Below are positions 16,952 to 28,500 of a stretch of 50,800 nt of DNA, piece after piece (the stretch's first letter is position 1; every line of letters begins with the position of its first letter). Under the pieces are notes generated by a model. That model worked only from the letters and a program-made list of their open reading frames with translations, was not told where the DNA came from and ran no database searches. This stretch comes from Escherichia phage vB_EcoS_ESCO41: the sequence record NC_047820.1; one strand, 5' to 3'. A program made the translations under genes and the position numbers.

Positions 16952-17328
16952 TTGATTACAATGAAATCCAAAGGCTTACCAATCAGGGGATTAATGCTTT
17001 TTCTGGTAACGATGAGGTCGGGTTCGATATTATCATCACTGGTGGCGGCGTCCAAATGGTTGACGGTGAAGAGGTGAAAGTGCCGGAGGTTCGAGGTAAA
17101 GTGTTCGGCGCTGTGCGAGCGATCAACTATCACATGATTGATGGCGAATCTATCAAGCTGGGAGACAAGCGTGCGTTCTTCTCTAACGTTACACCGATTG
17201 AGAATGGGATGATTATCATCCTTGAGGGCCAGCACTGGCGAGTCGTTGACAATCGACCAGTTAACCCGACTCAATCTCACGTTATCGCATACCGTCCGAT
17301 CTTGCGTAAGGTAGCGGCACATGGCTAA
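16939..17328 (+). CDS. putative head-tail joining protein
   Basis: Overlapping, translationally coupled ORF in the structural operon. Confidence 0.35.
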   Translation: MCAMIDYNEIQRLTNQGINAFSGNDEVGFDIIITGGGVQMVDGEEVKVPEVRGKVFGAVRAINYHMIDGESIKLGDKRAFFSNVTPIENGMIIILEGQHWRVVDNRPVNPTQSHVIAYRPILRKVAAHG

Positions 17329-17764
17329 CTATATCGTCAGGAAATTCCAGGGCGATATAGAGAAGTGGATTAAGCAGGTTAAATCGGGCCTTGATGACGT
17401 TATTCGTGAGTTCGTCAAGGCTGTACACGCCGATTTAGTTAAAGGCTCTCCAGTCGATACAGGGCGATTTAGAGCTAACTGGCAGATAACCTATAACCAC
17501 ATCCCAATGTACGCGCTGAATGAGTATGACAAAACGGGTGACAAAACCATCGCCGCAGGTATACGAACAGCTAACGCATTGCCGTTAGGTCGTGGCGGCG
17601 CGGTAACTACCATCTATTTTTCTAACATGCTGATCTATGCAAATGCTCTGGAGTACGGACATTCACAGCAAGCTCCCGCTGGCGTGCTTGGCCTGGTGGC
17701 TATCCGGTTGAGATCTTACATGGCAGAAGCAATTATTGAATCAAGGAATAAAAATGGTTTATGA
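17321..17764 (+). CDS. putative tail component
   Basis: Overlapping ORF in the structural operon. Confidence 0.35.
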   Translation: MANYIVRKFQGDIEKWIKQVKSGLDDVIREFVKAVHADLVKGSPVDTGRFRANWQITYNHIPMYALNEYDKTGDKTIAAGIRTANALPLGRGGAVTTIYFSNMLIYANALEYGHSQQAPAGVLGLVAIRLRSYMAEAIIESRNKNGL

Positions 17765-18155
17765 CGATTATGACCTGGCGGTCGCGGCGCGTAAGGCGCT
17801 ACATGGTGAGTTCGGAAGTCGATTCCCTATCATGCATGAGAACGTAGCGTTCACTGAGCCTGACGATGGCTCTACGTGGTTGAAGTTTGATTACATTCCG
17901 GCAGAGAAGACGTACAAATCTTTGAGCCGGAAGTGTATCAGGATTCGTGGCCTTGTCCAAATTGGCATTGTTTTCTCGCCTGATACTGGCATGGATGACG
18001 CGCGCAAACTAGCAAAAGAAATTGCTAATTTCTTCGAAGATGGTAAAATCCTTTCTGTAGGTTTTATTTTTGAAGGCGCGAGCCAAAAGCCCGTGCAGAA
18101 ATCACAACGAGGCTGGTTAATTCCAATCCGCTTCACAGTACAATACGACGAATAA
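17754..18155 (+). CDS. putative tail completion protein (start chosen at ATG 17754)
   Basis: RBS AAGGAATAAAA before ATG 17754; ORF-track start 17736 would overlap the upstream gene by 29 nt. Confidence 0.35.
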   Translation: MVYDDYDLAVAARKALHGEFGSRFPIMHENVAFTEPDDGSTWLKFDYIPAEKTYKSLSRKCIRIRGLVQIGIVFSPDTGMDDARKLAKEIANFFEDGKILSVGFIFEGASQKPVQKSQRGWLIPIRFTVQYDE

Positions 18156-18168
18156 AGGAGCATTAACT

Positions 18169-18843
18169 ATGGCACTTCCTAACGGTTCCCAAATCTTTAT
18201 TGAGCAGACCCGAGCAGCCACCGAAATCGAAGCAACCGCAGTGAGTAACGCGGAAAATCCGGTGGCGACTGTTGCGTCAACCACTGGCATTGTGAAAGGC
18301 GATTACGTCCTGGTGCTGGAAAGCGTATGGGCTGCATTTAAAAATCGCGTAATGCGAGTGAAAGAAGTAACCCTGGACGCATCAATCACGCTTGAAGGCG
18401 ACAAGAACACTTCCACGGCTGACCTTAACAAGTTCCCCGCTGGCGGCGCTTCCACCTTCGTTAAGATCGAAAGCTGGATTGAGATTCCATGCGTGAGCGA
18501 CATTGCAAAATCTGGCGGCGAGCAGCAGTTCTATACCAAGCAGTGCCTATCAGATGACCGAGAGAAGCAGATTCCGACCTTTAAATCTGCGACGTCCATC
18601 GCGTATACGTTCGACTTCGACTACTCCAACCCAATCACTCAGCTTCTGATTGGTTACGACGAAGACGGCAAGACGCGAGCTATGCGAATGTTCGTACCGA
18701 AGGCAAGCTATCCGATCCGCACCTTCTCTGGTACTCCATCTTTCGATGACATCCCTAACACGGTGATGAACGAAGATGAAACGACCATCCTGACCATCTC
18801 ACTTGATGGCAAATACACGCACATGAAAGAGTTTGTTGCGTAA
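18169..18843 (+). CDS. putative major tail protein
   Basis: 224-aa ORF with strong RBS AAGGAG, immediately before chaperone and tape-measure genes; terminator follows. Confidence 0.55.
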   Translation: MALPNGSQIFIEQTRAATEIEATAVSNAENPVATVASTTGIVKGDYVLVLESVWAAFKNRVMRVKEVTLDASITLEGDKNTSTADLNKFPAGGASTFVKIESWIEIPCVSDIAKSGGEQQFYTKQCLSDDREKQIPTFKSATSIAYTFDFDYSNPITQLLIGYDEDGKTRAMRMFVPKASYPIRTFSGTPSFDDIPNTVMNEDETTILTISLDGKYTHMKEFVA

Positions 18844-18849
18844 TGCAAA

Positions 18850-18872
18850 GGGGGCTATTGCCCCCCTTTTTC
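18850..18872 (+). terminator. rho-independent terminator
   Basis: GGGGGC-tatt-GCCCCC followed by T-run. Confidence 0.7.
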
Positions 18873-18917
18873 TATTTGTGATTTAATGTCACCAATTCAA
18901 ACAAAGAGGAAAACACC

Positions 18918-19235
18918 ATGAGCTTTAAAGTAACCCTATCAGAACGCCTACCAGACTTCCAATTGCCAGTTAAATTTGTATTACCGAACGGCGTGGAGGC
19001 TACATTTGCATTCACCGTCAAGGCGCTAACGTCATCCGAACTTAACGCTACGCTGAAAAATGCAGAAAAACAGACTGGCGCTCAGTTTGTAAAATCCCTG
19101 GCTAGTGGGTGGGAACTTGAGGACGAGTTCAATGATGAAAACATCAACAAGCTGGTTGACAGTTACCCTGCCGTTGTTGGTGGCCTTATCTCAACCTACA
19201 CTCAAGCGTTGGCTGGCTACCGAGTAAAAAACTAA
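18918..19235 (+). CDS. tail assembly chaperone (lambda G-like)
   Basis: 105-aa ORF directly upstream of tape measure, ending at slippery site A_AAA_AAC. Confidence 0.65.
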   Translation: MSFKVTLSERLPDFQLPVKFVLPNGVEATFAFTVKALTSSELNATLKNAEKQTGAQFVKSLASGWELEDEFNDENINKLVDSYPAVVGGLISTYTQALAGYRVKN

Positions 19236-19546
19236 AACGGGCGGTCGAGCTACTATTCAGGCGAACGCCCACCGACTCAGAATTAGAGGCATACGGATTA
19301 ACCCGTGAAGACTACGAAAACGAAGATCCTGAAATATTGCAGTTCGACGAGGAAACATACCAGTCATGGGAAGTATTCACCGCGATGCAAACTCAATGGA
19401 GATCTGCAGGAGCCGGAGCTTACGGGCTTGACTATAATGTCTTGCCTATGCTATTTCGAATCTATAAAATAGATTGTGAAGAAATGGCCTTAAATGATGT
19501 GCGTGTGATGGAAGCGGAAGCTCTTAAGCAAATGCACAAAAAATAA
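18918..19546 (+). CDS. tail assembly chaperone -1 frameshift product (lambda GT-like); shift at AAAAAAC 19226-19232
   Basis: The -1 frame stays open from 19232 to 19546 (I read every codon); heptamer is 3 nt before the zero-frame stop. Confidence 0.55.
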
Positions 19547-19547
19547 T

Positions 19548-19569
19548 AGCGCCTACGGGCGCTTTTTTC
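19548..19569 (+). terminator. hairpin plus T-run (possible attenuator)
   Basis: AGCGCC-tacg-GGCGCT followed by T6. Confidence 0.5.
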
Positions 19570-19582
19570 GTATGGGGGTTTT

Positions 19583-22489
19583 ATGACAGATAAATTTGCA
19601 GGGCTATCGCTTGGCGTTGACGTTTCCCAGGTTGACAGGGCGGTCAAGTCTCTTGATGAGCTGGCAAGCGCTAACAATAACGCAGGCAAGAGCTTCGACA
19701 ACTTCATTAATGCTGAGCAAGTCGCAAAGCAAAAAATGAAAGATTTAAACAACGAGGTCAAGCGCCAGAAGAAGGAGTTCTCTGAGGTAGAAAAGGTCAT
19801 CGACCCTACAGCGAACAAGATGCGCCAGCTGCAACAAGCAAGTGTAGATCTGGATAAACTCTGGAGTAAGGGCATGGTCCCTGATAAGGAGTTTTTTAAT
19901 CTTTCAAGCATGATTGAGACTCAGATTAACGCGCTTAATCGTTCGAAACTGGCTATGACCGAAGAGGGTCGGGCGGCACTGGAGAACTCAAAGGCAAAGG
20001 CCGCAGCAAAGAACAGTGCTGACTCATTCCTTAAGTCATTAAGGGATCAGGCGAACGCGGCTACCATGACAAAGCAGGAGCTATTGGAGCTGAGAGCCGC
20101 TGAGCTTGGCGTGACAGCTCAGGCCGCTCCATTTATCGCTGCAATGAACAAGCAGGCAAAGGCTACAAACGTAGCAGGGCTTTCTGTTGGTGAATACAAA
20201 AACGCAATGCGTATGCTACCAGCTCAGATAACTGACGTGGTTACTTCTCTTGCGTCAGGTATGCCTGTGTGGTTGGTTGCTGTTCAGCAGGGTGGGCAGA
20301 TCAAGGATTCATTCGGCGGCGTAGGAAATACGTTCAAAGTTCTGCTTTCATACCTGAACCCAGTAACCGTTGGGATGACTGCGATGGGTATTGCTCTTGC
20401 TGGCCTGGCAAAAGCTGGTTATGACTCCTACCGTTACATTACTGATATGCAAAACGCCTTGATTGAAACTGGTGGATTTTCAGCGGCTACCGCAGCTGAC
20501 CTTGATGCGATAGCAACAAAGATTGCTGACACCAGTAACGCGACTATCGGATCTGTTCGAGATATTGCTACTGAGCTTGCAAAGAGCGGGAAGTACACCC
20601 AGGACCAAATCAGGATTATTACTCGCGCCACTGCTGAATGGTCAGCCGCGACGGGTCGGGCAGCGAGCGATATTATCAGTGACTTTAGTAAGATTGCAGG
20701 TGATCCCGTAAAGGGTCTGGCAAAACTGAATGAGCAGTACAACTTCCTTGAAAAAGGACAGTTAACCTACATTAACGGAATCGCAAAGACTAGGGGAGAA
20801 ACCGAAGCAGTAACGGAAGCAACGAAATTATTTGCTGATGTCATGGAAGAAAGAATGAGCAAGATTGCAGGAACGGCGACACCACTTGAAAAGATGTGGA
20901 ATGACATTAAGAAATGGTCGTCTGATGCTTGGGGATGGGTTGGAGATCACACGCTAGGCGCACTAAACCTAATTATTGATGTGGTTAGCGGAACGGTAAT
21001 TCAGGTCAAGATGATTCTCGCCAAAGGTGATGAATACATTTCTAACTTTATCGCGTCGGCAATCAAGGCAACACAGTCTCTGCCTTTCGCAGAAGATTTC
21101 GGTAAGGACATTCTCGCAGGGCAGGAGAAGATCGCATCTGAGTCGAAAGCGACTTACGATGGACTTGCGAAAGATCTTGATGAGATTAACGCCAGGGTAG
21201 AAAAGGGAGAAATGGGGTACGTTAACGCCCTGAAGGAGCGGAGAGATCTTGAGAAGCAATACAGCAAAGAAACGAAGGACGCTGTAGAGAAAGAGGCAAA
21301 GGCCATTGAGGAAGCCAACAGGAAAAAGGGGGGCGCCAGGATAACAAAAGGGGCAACAGAACAGCTTGATAAAGAGCTTTACGTTCTCAAAGCCCAGCTT
21401 AAAACATTGCAAGAGCACACGTCTATTAACGACAAGATCTCAAGCCAGAGGAAAGCGCTATGGTCAACAGAAGCTCAGATCGCAATTCTGCAGGAGGCTC
21501 AGAGCAAACGCAAACTGACAAATGAGGAAAAGGCATTGCTCACCAGTCAGCAAAAGGTTCTCTCGCTAGCGAAGGAAAAGGCTGAAATTGGTGATCAGAT
21601 TGTTGCCCAGGAGAGAATAAACAAGCTGAATGATGATTCAATGAAGTTTATCATGCAGATGGACGCAGCCAGCAAGTCTCTGAACGAGACGAGGTCTATG
21701 GGTACTCGTGAAGCTGAAAGACAGCTTCAGCTTGAGAGAATTAAAGCTGATTACATGGCTAAAGGCGGCGGGGAGGATGACCAGGCGCTGAATAATATGC
21801 TTGATAAGCAGAAGGAGTATTATGCACAAGAGGATCAGCTTCGTGGAGATTGGCTGGCTGGTGCGCAGAAAGCATTTGCGGACTACGGAGATAGCGCAAC
21901 GGATATGTACGGAAACGTATATGACATCGCAACTAACTCCCTGAACGGTTTGTCAGACATGATGACTGAGTTCCTGATGACGGGGCAAGCTAACTTCGCA
22001 GACTTTGCAAAGAGCATTATCAGCCAGATCATTAAGATGATCACTCAGATGGTAATCTTCAACTCAATCTCTGGAATGATGGGCGGCTCGGCTGGCGGCA
22101 AGGGGTTCTCCTTCGCTAACTCAGGATGGTTCGCTACTGGCGGGTACACTGGCGACGGTGGAAAATATGAGCCTGCTGGAACAGTACACAAAGGTGAGTT
22201 TGTCATGACCAAGGAAGCGACAAAGCGAATTGGAGTCGATAACCTTTATCGAATGATGCGCGGTTATGCGAATGGCGGGATGGTTGGTGGAACTTCAAGC
22301 GGAGGCGGCGGCGCTGCAATCATGGCTGGCGGCGTGACAATTGGAAGCATCCCTGTTAGCATCAATAACGGTAGCGATCCGAAGGGTATGGAGCAAGGCG
22401 TGAAAATGATTTTCAAGCAAATGATTCAGGAATCATGCTCCCAGGGTGGCGAAGTTTACAATTACATCAACGGAAAAGCAGGAGCGTAA
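19583..22489 (+). CDS. tail tape measure protein
   Basis: 968 aa, Ala/Lys/Glu-rich helical sequence, Gly-rich C-terminal region, downstream of chaperone pair. Confidence 0.85.
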   Translation: MTDKFAGLSLGVDVSQVDRAVKSLDELASANNNAGKSFDNFINAEQVAKQKMKDLNNEVKRQKKEFSEVEKVIDPTANKMRQLQQASVDLDKLWSKGMVPDKEFFNLSSMIETQINALNRSKLAMTEEGRAALENSKAKAAAKNSADSFLKSLRDQANAATMTKQELLELRAAELGVTAQAAPFIAAMNKQAKATNVAGLSVGEYKNAMRMLPAQITDVVTSLASGMPVWLVAVQQGGQIKDSFGGVGNTFKVLLSYLNPVTVGMTAMGIALAGLAKAGYDSYRYITDMQNALIETGGFSAATAADLDAIATKIADTSNATIGSVRDIATELAKSGKYTQDQIRIITRATAEWSAATGRAASDIISDFSKIAGDPVKGLAKLNEQYNFLEKGQLTYINGIAKTRGETEAVTEATKLFADVMEERMSKIAGTATPLEKMWNDIKKWSSDAWGWVGDHTLGALNLIIDVVSGTVIQVKMILAKGDEYISNFIASAIKATQSLPFAEDFGKDILAGQEKIASESKATYDGLAKDLDEINARVEKGEMGYVNALKERRDLEKQYSKETKDAVEKEAKAIEEANRKKGGARITKGATEQLDKELYVLKAQLKTLQEHTSINDKISSQRKALWSTEAQIAILQEAQSKRKLTNEEKALLTSQQKVLSLAKEKAEIGDQIVAQERINKLNDDSMKFIMQMDAASKSLNETRSMGTREAERQLQLERIKADYMAKGGGEDDQALNNMLDKQKEYYAQEDQLRGDWLAGAQKAFADYGDSATDMYGNVYDIATNSLNGLSDMMTEFLMTGQANFADFAKSIISQIIKMITQMVIFNSISGMMGGSAGGKGFSFANSGWFATGGYTGDGGKYEPAGTVHKGEFVMTKEATKRIGVDNLYRMMRGYANGGMVGGTSSGGGGAAIMAGGVTIGSIPVSINNGSDPKGMEQGVKMIFKQMIQESCSQGGEVYNYINGKAGA

Positions 22490-22492
22490 TAA

Positions 22493-22840
22493 ATGGCCCT
22501 AGACGTTTTCAAGTGGTGCGTACAGGTTCAGGATGGTGGCGGCGTGATGACCGTCACCAACAATGACAGGCAGGTGCAGTTTGGTAATGGATTCCGCCAG
22601 GTTGCATCGTCTGGCTACAACACTGAGCGACGAGAGTACGCAATCAGTTACGTTGGCAAGGACTGGAAAGAAGTGCGCGAATTTTTGCGATCGCACAGAC
22701 TGAAAGCCTTTGCCTTTACCCCACCGGAGGACAAGATCGGCGTCTTCCTATTGAAGCCTGACACGCTGAATACTCAGCCAATCGGTCGAGGTCTTCTTGT
22801 CGTAAAATGCACCATTGTAGAAACATTCACAGCGGTGTAG
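22493..22840 (+). CDS. minor tail protein (lambda M-like)
   Basis: 115-aa ORF immediately after tape measure. Confidence 0.55.
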   Translation: MALDVFKWCVQVQDGGGVMTVTNNDRQVQFGNGFRQVASSGYNTERREYAISYVGKDWKEVREFLRSHRLKAFAFTPPEDKIGVFLLKPDTLNTQPIGRGLLVVKCTIVETFTAV

Positions 22841-22845
22841 AATAA

Positions 22846-22869
22846 AGCCTCCTAGCGGGGGCTTTTTTA
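22846..22869 (+). terminator. rho-independent terminator
   Basis: AGCCTCC-tagc-GGGGGCT followed by T6. Confidence 0.55.
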
Positions 22870-22885
22870 TTGGAGGTGCGTGTAA

Positions 22886-23395
22886 ATGTTTAGGGTTTGT
22901 AAAAAATGCGGAGTTGAGAAACCTTTCGAGTTATTCTGCAAGCACAAGCAGTGCAAGAATGGGATAACTCATGAGTGCAAGGAGTGCAGTGAGGCCAGAA
23001 GGGTTCCATTAGACCCGAAAGAGAAGGCGGATTACGATAAGAGAAGGTACGAAAGAAGTAGGGACTCTCACCTTAAGATGATGAGTGAAAATAACGAGTT
23101 ATACAAAATGAGGCATTACATAGCAAGTGATAAAAAGAAAGGTTTTGTAAGTGATATAAACATTGAATATTGTATTATAAAAATGAATGAACCATGTCAC
23201 TACTGCGGTCACATTGACACACCAGCTAACGGCCTTGATAGAATAGACAACTCAATAGGTCACGTTAAATCAAACCTAGTTCCTTGCTGTCGATTATGCA
23301 ACATGACAAGGGGTGACAGGTGGAGCCATGAAGACTTTATCAAATACATATCGCCTTCAATTAAGCTTTTCAGGAGAGAAGAAAATGTCAGCTAA
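22886..23395 (+). CDS. HNH endonuclease with Cys-rich N-terminal zinc-finger-like region
   Basis: CKKCGVEK..CKEC and HYCGH..LDRIDN..NLVPCCRLCN motifs; inserted between M-like and L-like tail genes. Confidence 0.6.
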   Translation: MFRVCKKCGVEKPFELFCKHKQCKNGITHECKECSEARRVPLDPKEKADYDKRRYERSRDSHLKMMSENNELYKMRHYIASDKKKGFVSDINIEYCIIKMNEPCHYCGHIDTPANGLDRIDNSIGHVKSNLVPCCRLCNMTRGDRWSHEDFIKYISPSIKLFRREENVS

Positions 23396-24131
23396 ATTCG
23401 AAAACGTACTGCAGAGCCTGTTTCCGGGTGAGGTAATCACTCTAATTGAAATTGATGGAACTCGCTTTGGCGCTCAAATTTACAGAATGCACAACGAGAA
23501 CATCCAGTTTACGCCGGAAGAGATTCTTGCAGCAACACAGCCAGGCGGGAGCCTTAAGCCAAAAACAATCACCTTTCAGGGAAATGAATATGGCGCACGC
23601 CCATTCGGCATCTCTGGCATTGACTTAAATGGTAATGGCAAGGCCGGAAAGCCTCAGCTATCACTATCTAACCTTGATAGCCGCGTGTCGGCGCTTATCC
23701 GGTCCTACAACGGCATGATGCAGGCCAAGGTGACTATCTGGATAACCTCAAGAGAAATGCTCGGAAACAACGGAGAAGTCTCACCTGGCGACTTCAGAAA
23801 ATACGTTTACTACATTGAGCGACCGAACTTTGTCGATCAGAACGTTGCGAGATTTGACCTGACTTCACCATATGACATGGACGGAATCATGATTCCACCG
23901 CGAGTCACTCAGAGCGTTTGTTTTTGGGCGCAGCGCGGCTGGTACAGAAGCGGAAATGGGTGTGGTTATAATGGGAGCGCTATGTTTGATAAAGACAACA
24001 ATCCAGTAACCGATCCATCTCAGGACGTTTGCGCGGGAACTGTAACTGCCTGCAAGTTGAGATTCGGGGCTGAAAACGAATTGGACTTTGGCGGCTGCGC
24101 TGTCGCATCACTTGACAGGAAAAACCAATGA
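23386..24131 (+). CDS. minor tail protein (lambda L-like); start chosen at ATG 23386
   Basis: RBS AGGAGAGAAGAAA before ATG 23386; the ORF-track start 23313 is deep inside the HNH gene. Confidence 0.6.
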
Positions 24132-24853
24132 TTAACGGCAAAATTAAGATGGCAATCTTCGAGCATGCGAAATCAGTATACCCCAATGAATGTTGCGGGG
24201 TGGTGACTCAAAAGGGGCGGGTTCAGAAATACTGGCCCGTTGACAATGTTCACTCTGAGCCGGAAAAAGGATTCCAACTTGACCCTGTGCAATACGCCTG
24301 CATTGAGGGTAACGATGACCTAACCACGATTGCCATTGTTCACAGTCACACAGGAGACGGGGCTACGACCTTACCAAGCGCTCACGACCTGTGCGTATTG
24401 AACGAGATGGAGTTACCCTGGGTGATTGTAAGTCTACCGGAAGGTGACATGAGAGTTGTTCATCCTGAAGCCATGCCGCTGATTGGTCGGCCCTGGTCGC
24501 TTGGCTCTTTCGATTGCTGGGGGCTGATTATGGCATGGCACAAGGAGCGCGGCGTAATCCTGAATGACTTCCGAAAGCCTTACGAGTGGTGGAAGCCTGA
24601 ATATGGTGAGAATCTCTACCAGGATAACTACATTAAAGAGGGGTTTGTTGAAACCGGAAAGGATCCTGAACCTGGCGACATGATCATCATGAAATTACAA
24701 GCTGATGTATGGAACCATGCGGGGATTTACCTCGGAAAAAATCAAATTCTACATCACGCATTTGGTAAGCTGTCAAAGACGGATATTTACTCAGGATGGT
24801 TCCAGGATCACACGGTGATGGTATGTAGGCATAAGGAGTTAGAGAAATGTTAA
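24128..24853 (+). CDS. tail assembly protein (lambda K-like; JAMM/MPN plus NlpC/P60-type motifs)
   Basis: HSHTGDG metal-site-like motif and conserved Cys/His downstream; ATGA overlap with L-like gene. Confidence 0.65.
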   Translation: MINGKIKMAIFEHAKSVYPNECCGVVTQKGRVQKYWPVDNVHSEPEKGFQLDPVQYACIEGNDDLTTIAIVHSHTGDGATTLPSAHDLCVLNEMELPWVIVSLPEGDMRVVHPEAMPLIGRPWSLGSFDCWGLIMAWHKERGVILNDFRKPYEWWKPEYGENLYQDNYIKEGFVETGKDPEPGDMIIMKLQADVWNHAGIYLGKNQILHHAFGKLSKTDIYSGWFQDHTVMVCRHKELEKC

Positions 24854-25440
24854 AAACAATCAAGCTATCAGGTTCGCTTGGCCGCAGGTTCGGCGTTTTC
24901 CACAAATATGACGTTGACTCATACCCAGAGGCTATCCGAGCGCTATCATCTCAGGTTGCAGGGTTCAAGGAGTTCATGCAAAGCGAGATTGGCTCCCGTA
25001 TGCACTTTGCTGTGTTCGTGGATGGTAAGAACGTTGGGCCGCATGATGAATCGGCATTCAGTTGCGCTAAGGAGGTTCGAATTATACCGATCCCTACCGG
25101 TTCAAAAAATGGCGGCATGTTCCAGATTGTTGTTGGTGCTGTAATGATGGTGGCAGCATTCTACACTGGAGGCGCGTCACTGGCCCTCATGGGTACATTC
25201 GCAACGTCAGCATTTATGATGGGTGGCGCCATGGTTCTTGGCGGCGTGATGCAGATGATTTCACCGCAGCAAGGCGGCTCAAAGATGGAGGTTCAGAGCA
25301 GCAAAAACAAGCCTTCATATGCTTTCGGTGGCTCAGTTAACACAACGGCAGCGGGAAACCCGATCCCGGTCCCGTATGGTTACAGGACTGTAGGCGGGGC
25401 GACATTCTCAGCTTATAGCGTCGCAGAAGATATGGCATAA
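24847..25440 (+). CDS. tail assembly protein (lambda I-like)
   Basis: 197 aa with hydrophobic Gly-rich C-terminal half; position between K-like and J-like genes. Confidence 0.55.
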   Translation: MLKTIKLSGSLGRRFGVFHKYDVDSYPEAIRALSSQVAGFKEFMQSEIGSRMHFAVFVDGKNVGPHDESAFSCAKEVRIIPIPTGSKNGGMFQIVVGAVMMVAAFYTGGASLALMGTFATSAFMMGGAMVLGGVMQMISPQQGGSKMEVQSSKNKPSYAFGGSVNTTAAGNPIPVPYGYRTVGGATFSAYSVAEDMA

Positions 25441-25445
25441 CTTAA

Positions 25446-25469
25446 GACCCGCCTTGCGCGGGTTTTTTT
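25446..25469 (+). terminator. hairpin plus T-run
   Basis: CCCGC-cttgc-GCGGG followed by T7. Confidence 0.5.
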
Positions 25470-25474
25470 ACGCC

Positions 25475-25482
25475 TGTATAAT
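25475..25482 (+). promoter_or_regulatory. extended -10 element TGTATAAT upstream of the J-like gene
   Basis: Direct reading, 36 nt before ATG 25518. Confidence 0.35.
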
Positions 25483-25517
25483 GAAACATCTATAAATCGC
25501 ACTAAAGGCTAAACATC

Positions 25518-28500
25518 ATGATTAAAAATAGTGTAGTGACGGGCAGAAAGGGTGGAAGCAGTAAACCTCACACCCCACAAGAGATGGAAGATAACCTGAT
25601 CTCAATCAATAAGATTAAGGTTTTGCTCGCCGTTAGTGATGGTGAGGTTGACGCGAATTTCTCATTAAAGGACTTATATCTTAATGACGTACCTGTAATT
25701 GCACCCTCTGGAGAAGTTAACTATGAAGGCGTTAAGGCTGAATTTCGCCCAGGCACACAGACGCAGGACTACATCAAGGGATTTAACGACACGGCAGCTG
25801 AGTTCACCGTAGGTCGTGAATTGACGACTACGACTCCTTACGTGATCTCGGTAACGAATAAGCAGCTATCGGCCGTTCGCGTAAAAATCCTGATGCCTCG
25901 CGGCGTTACCACGAAAGAAAACGGCGATATGGTCGGCGTGGTCGTGAAGTGGGCCGTAGATATGGCGGTTGATGGAGGGAGCTACCAGGAAGTTTTGCTG
26001 GACACTATAGACGGGAAAACACTAAGCGGATATGACAAAACGAAGCGCATTGACTTGCCGTCGTTTAATAGCCAAGTCCTGCTTCGGGTTCGTCGTGTCA
26101 CTCCAGATTCTAATAATTCAAGAGTTGTTGACGCGATCAACATTCAGTCATATGCGGAAGTTATTGACGCTAAATTCCGTTATCCTCTGACTGGCCTTAT
26201 TTACGTTGAGTTTAACAGTGAGCTGTTCCCGCAGATCCCAAGCATTAGCACGAAAAAGAAATGGAAGATCATCAACGTTCCGAGCAACTACGACCCAGTG
26301 CTGAGAGAATACAGCGGCACATGGGATGGCAGTTTTAAAAAAGCGTGGTCAAATAACCCCGCTTGGGTGCTTTATGATTTGATTACCAATCAGAGATACG
26401 GGCTCGATCAACGTGAATTGGGGATCGCGGTCGATAAGTGGTCGCTCTATGACGCTGGGCAATACTGCGATCAGAAAGTTCCTGACGGTCACGGAGGGTT
26501 GGAGCCTCGCTACCTTTGCGATGTGGTGATCCAATCTCAGGTTGAAGCGTATAATCTGGTTCGAGATATTTGCTCAATCTTCCGAGGGATGAGCTTCTGG
26601 AACGGTGAGAGCCTTTCAATTGTCATCGACCGACCGAGAGAGGCTTCATACATTTTCACTAACGACAACGTCGTTGATGGCTCATTTGCCTACACGTTCG
26701 CGAGCGAAAAAAGCATGTACACAACTTGTAACGTCACGTTCGACGACGAGCAGAACATGTACAGCCAGGACATCGAGGGGGTATTCGACCTTAACGCTTC
26801 ATTACGATTCGGTCATAACCCAACGGCAATAACTGCAATCGGGTGTACTCGACGCAGTGAGGCTAACCGCCGAGGCCGCTGGGTTCTTAAAACAAACCTT
26901 CGAAGCACGACCGTGAGTTTTGCAACTGGCCTTGAGGGTATGATTCCGATGATTGGCGACGTAGTGGCTATCGCTGATAACTTTTGGTCAAGCAACCTGA
27001 CGCTTTCATTATCAGGTCGTGTCATGGAAGTATCTGGACTGCAAGTGTTCACTCACTTTAAAGTCGATGCTCGTGCTGGTGACTTTATTATCGTCAATAA
27101 GCCTGACGGTAATCCGGTTCGCCGTACTATTTCAAAGGTATCGGCAGACGGAAAGACGATTGAGCTTAATGTTGGTTTTGGTTTTGATGTTAAGCCCAAC
27201 ACTGTTTTCGCAATCGACAGAACTGACGTGGCTTTGCAGCAATACGTCGTAACTGGAATCACGAAGGGTGACGGTGATGATGAGTTCACATACAGCATCA
27301 CGGCGGTTGAGTATGATCCCAATAAATACGACGAGATCGACTACGGAGTAAATATTGATGACCGACCAACCAGTATTGTAGATCCTGACAACATGCAGCC
27401 ACCAAAAAACATTGTTGTTTCATCATACTCTCGAATCGTGCAGGGGATGAGCGTTGAGACAATGGTGGTAGGATGGGATAAAGTTCAGTACGCAAGCAAG
27501 TACGATGTGCAGTGGAGAAAGGATAACGGTAACTGGATGAACGTACCGCGTACAGCAAGCTCAGAGATTGAGGTTGAAGGGATTTATGCGGGTAATTATC
27601 ACGTACGCGTAAGGAGCATATCAAGCGGTGGAAACACGTCTCCATGGTCTGATGTTGTCAGCGTTGGGTTGACTGGTAAGATTGGGAAGCCAGATAAACC
27701 AACAGTCATAACCGCATCTGACGACCAGGTGTTTGGGATACGGGTTAAATGGGGATTTCCAGAAGGTTCTGGCGATACTGCATACACGGAGTTGCAGCAG
27801 ATACCAGATAATGGTGCTGGAGGTCACACTGGTGAGGAGAATGCGAGTCTATTAACAATGATTCCATACCCACAGTACGAGTACTGGCACTCGACACTGC
27901 CAGCAGGATATGTAAACTGGTACAGGGCAAGATTGGTAGACAGGATTGGTAACGCCTCTGACTGGTCTGACATTGTTCGCGGAATGGCAAGCGATGACGT
28001 TGAGTCCATCATTGGAGAAATAAAGGTTGATATCGAGAATTCCGATGGGTTTAAGTACCTACAGCAGAACGCCATTGAGTCAAACGGAGCTATTCAGGCG
28101 CAGGCGGAATCAATTCTTGAAAACGCACTTGCAAACGATACTGACGTGCGACGAATGACCAAGGAGAACGGCAAGAGAAAGGCTGAATACGTTCAGGCAG
28201 TGAATCTTATTGCCGATGAAACTCAGGCTCGCGTAGAGGCTCTCACGGCCCTTAAGGCGCAGATAGATGATGAAGTTGTAGCATCGATTACAGAAGTTCA
28301 GACTGCATTAGCCACAGAGACAGAAGCAAGGACTACAGCAGACACGGCTTTGAGCGCTCGACTTGGCGATACGCAGGCCTCGCTTAATGAAAAACTTGAC
28401 TCTTGGGTAGATGCGGAATCTGCTGGCGCTCAGTACGGCGTTAAGTTAGGACTCAAATACAATGGGGTTGAGTATAGCGCAGGGATGAGCATGGAACTTG

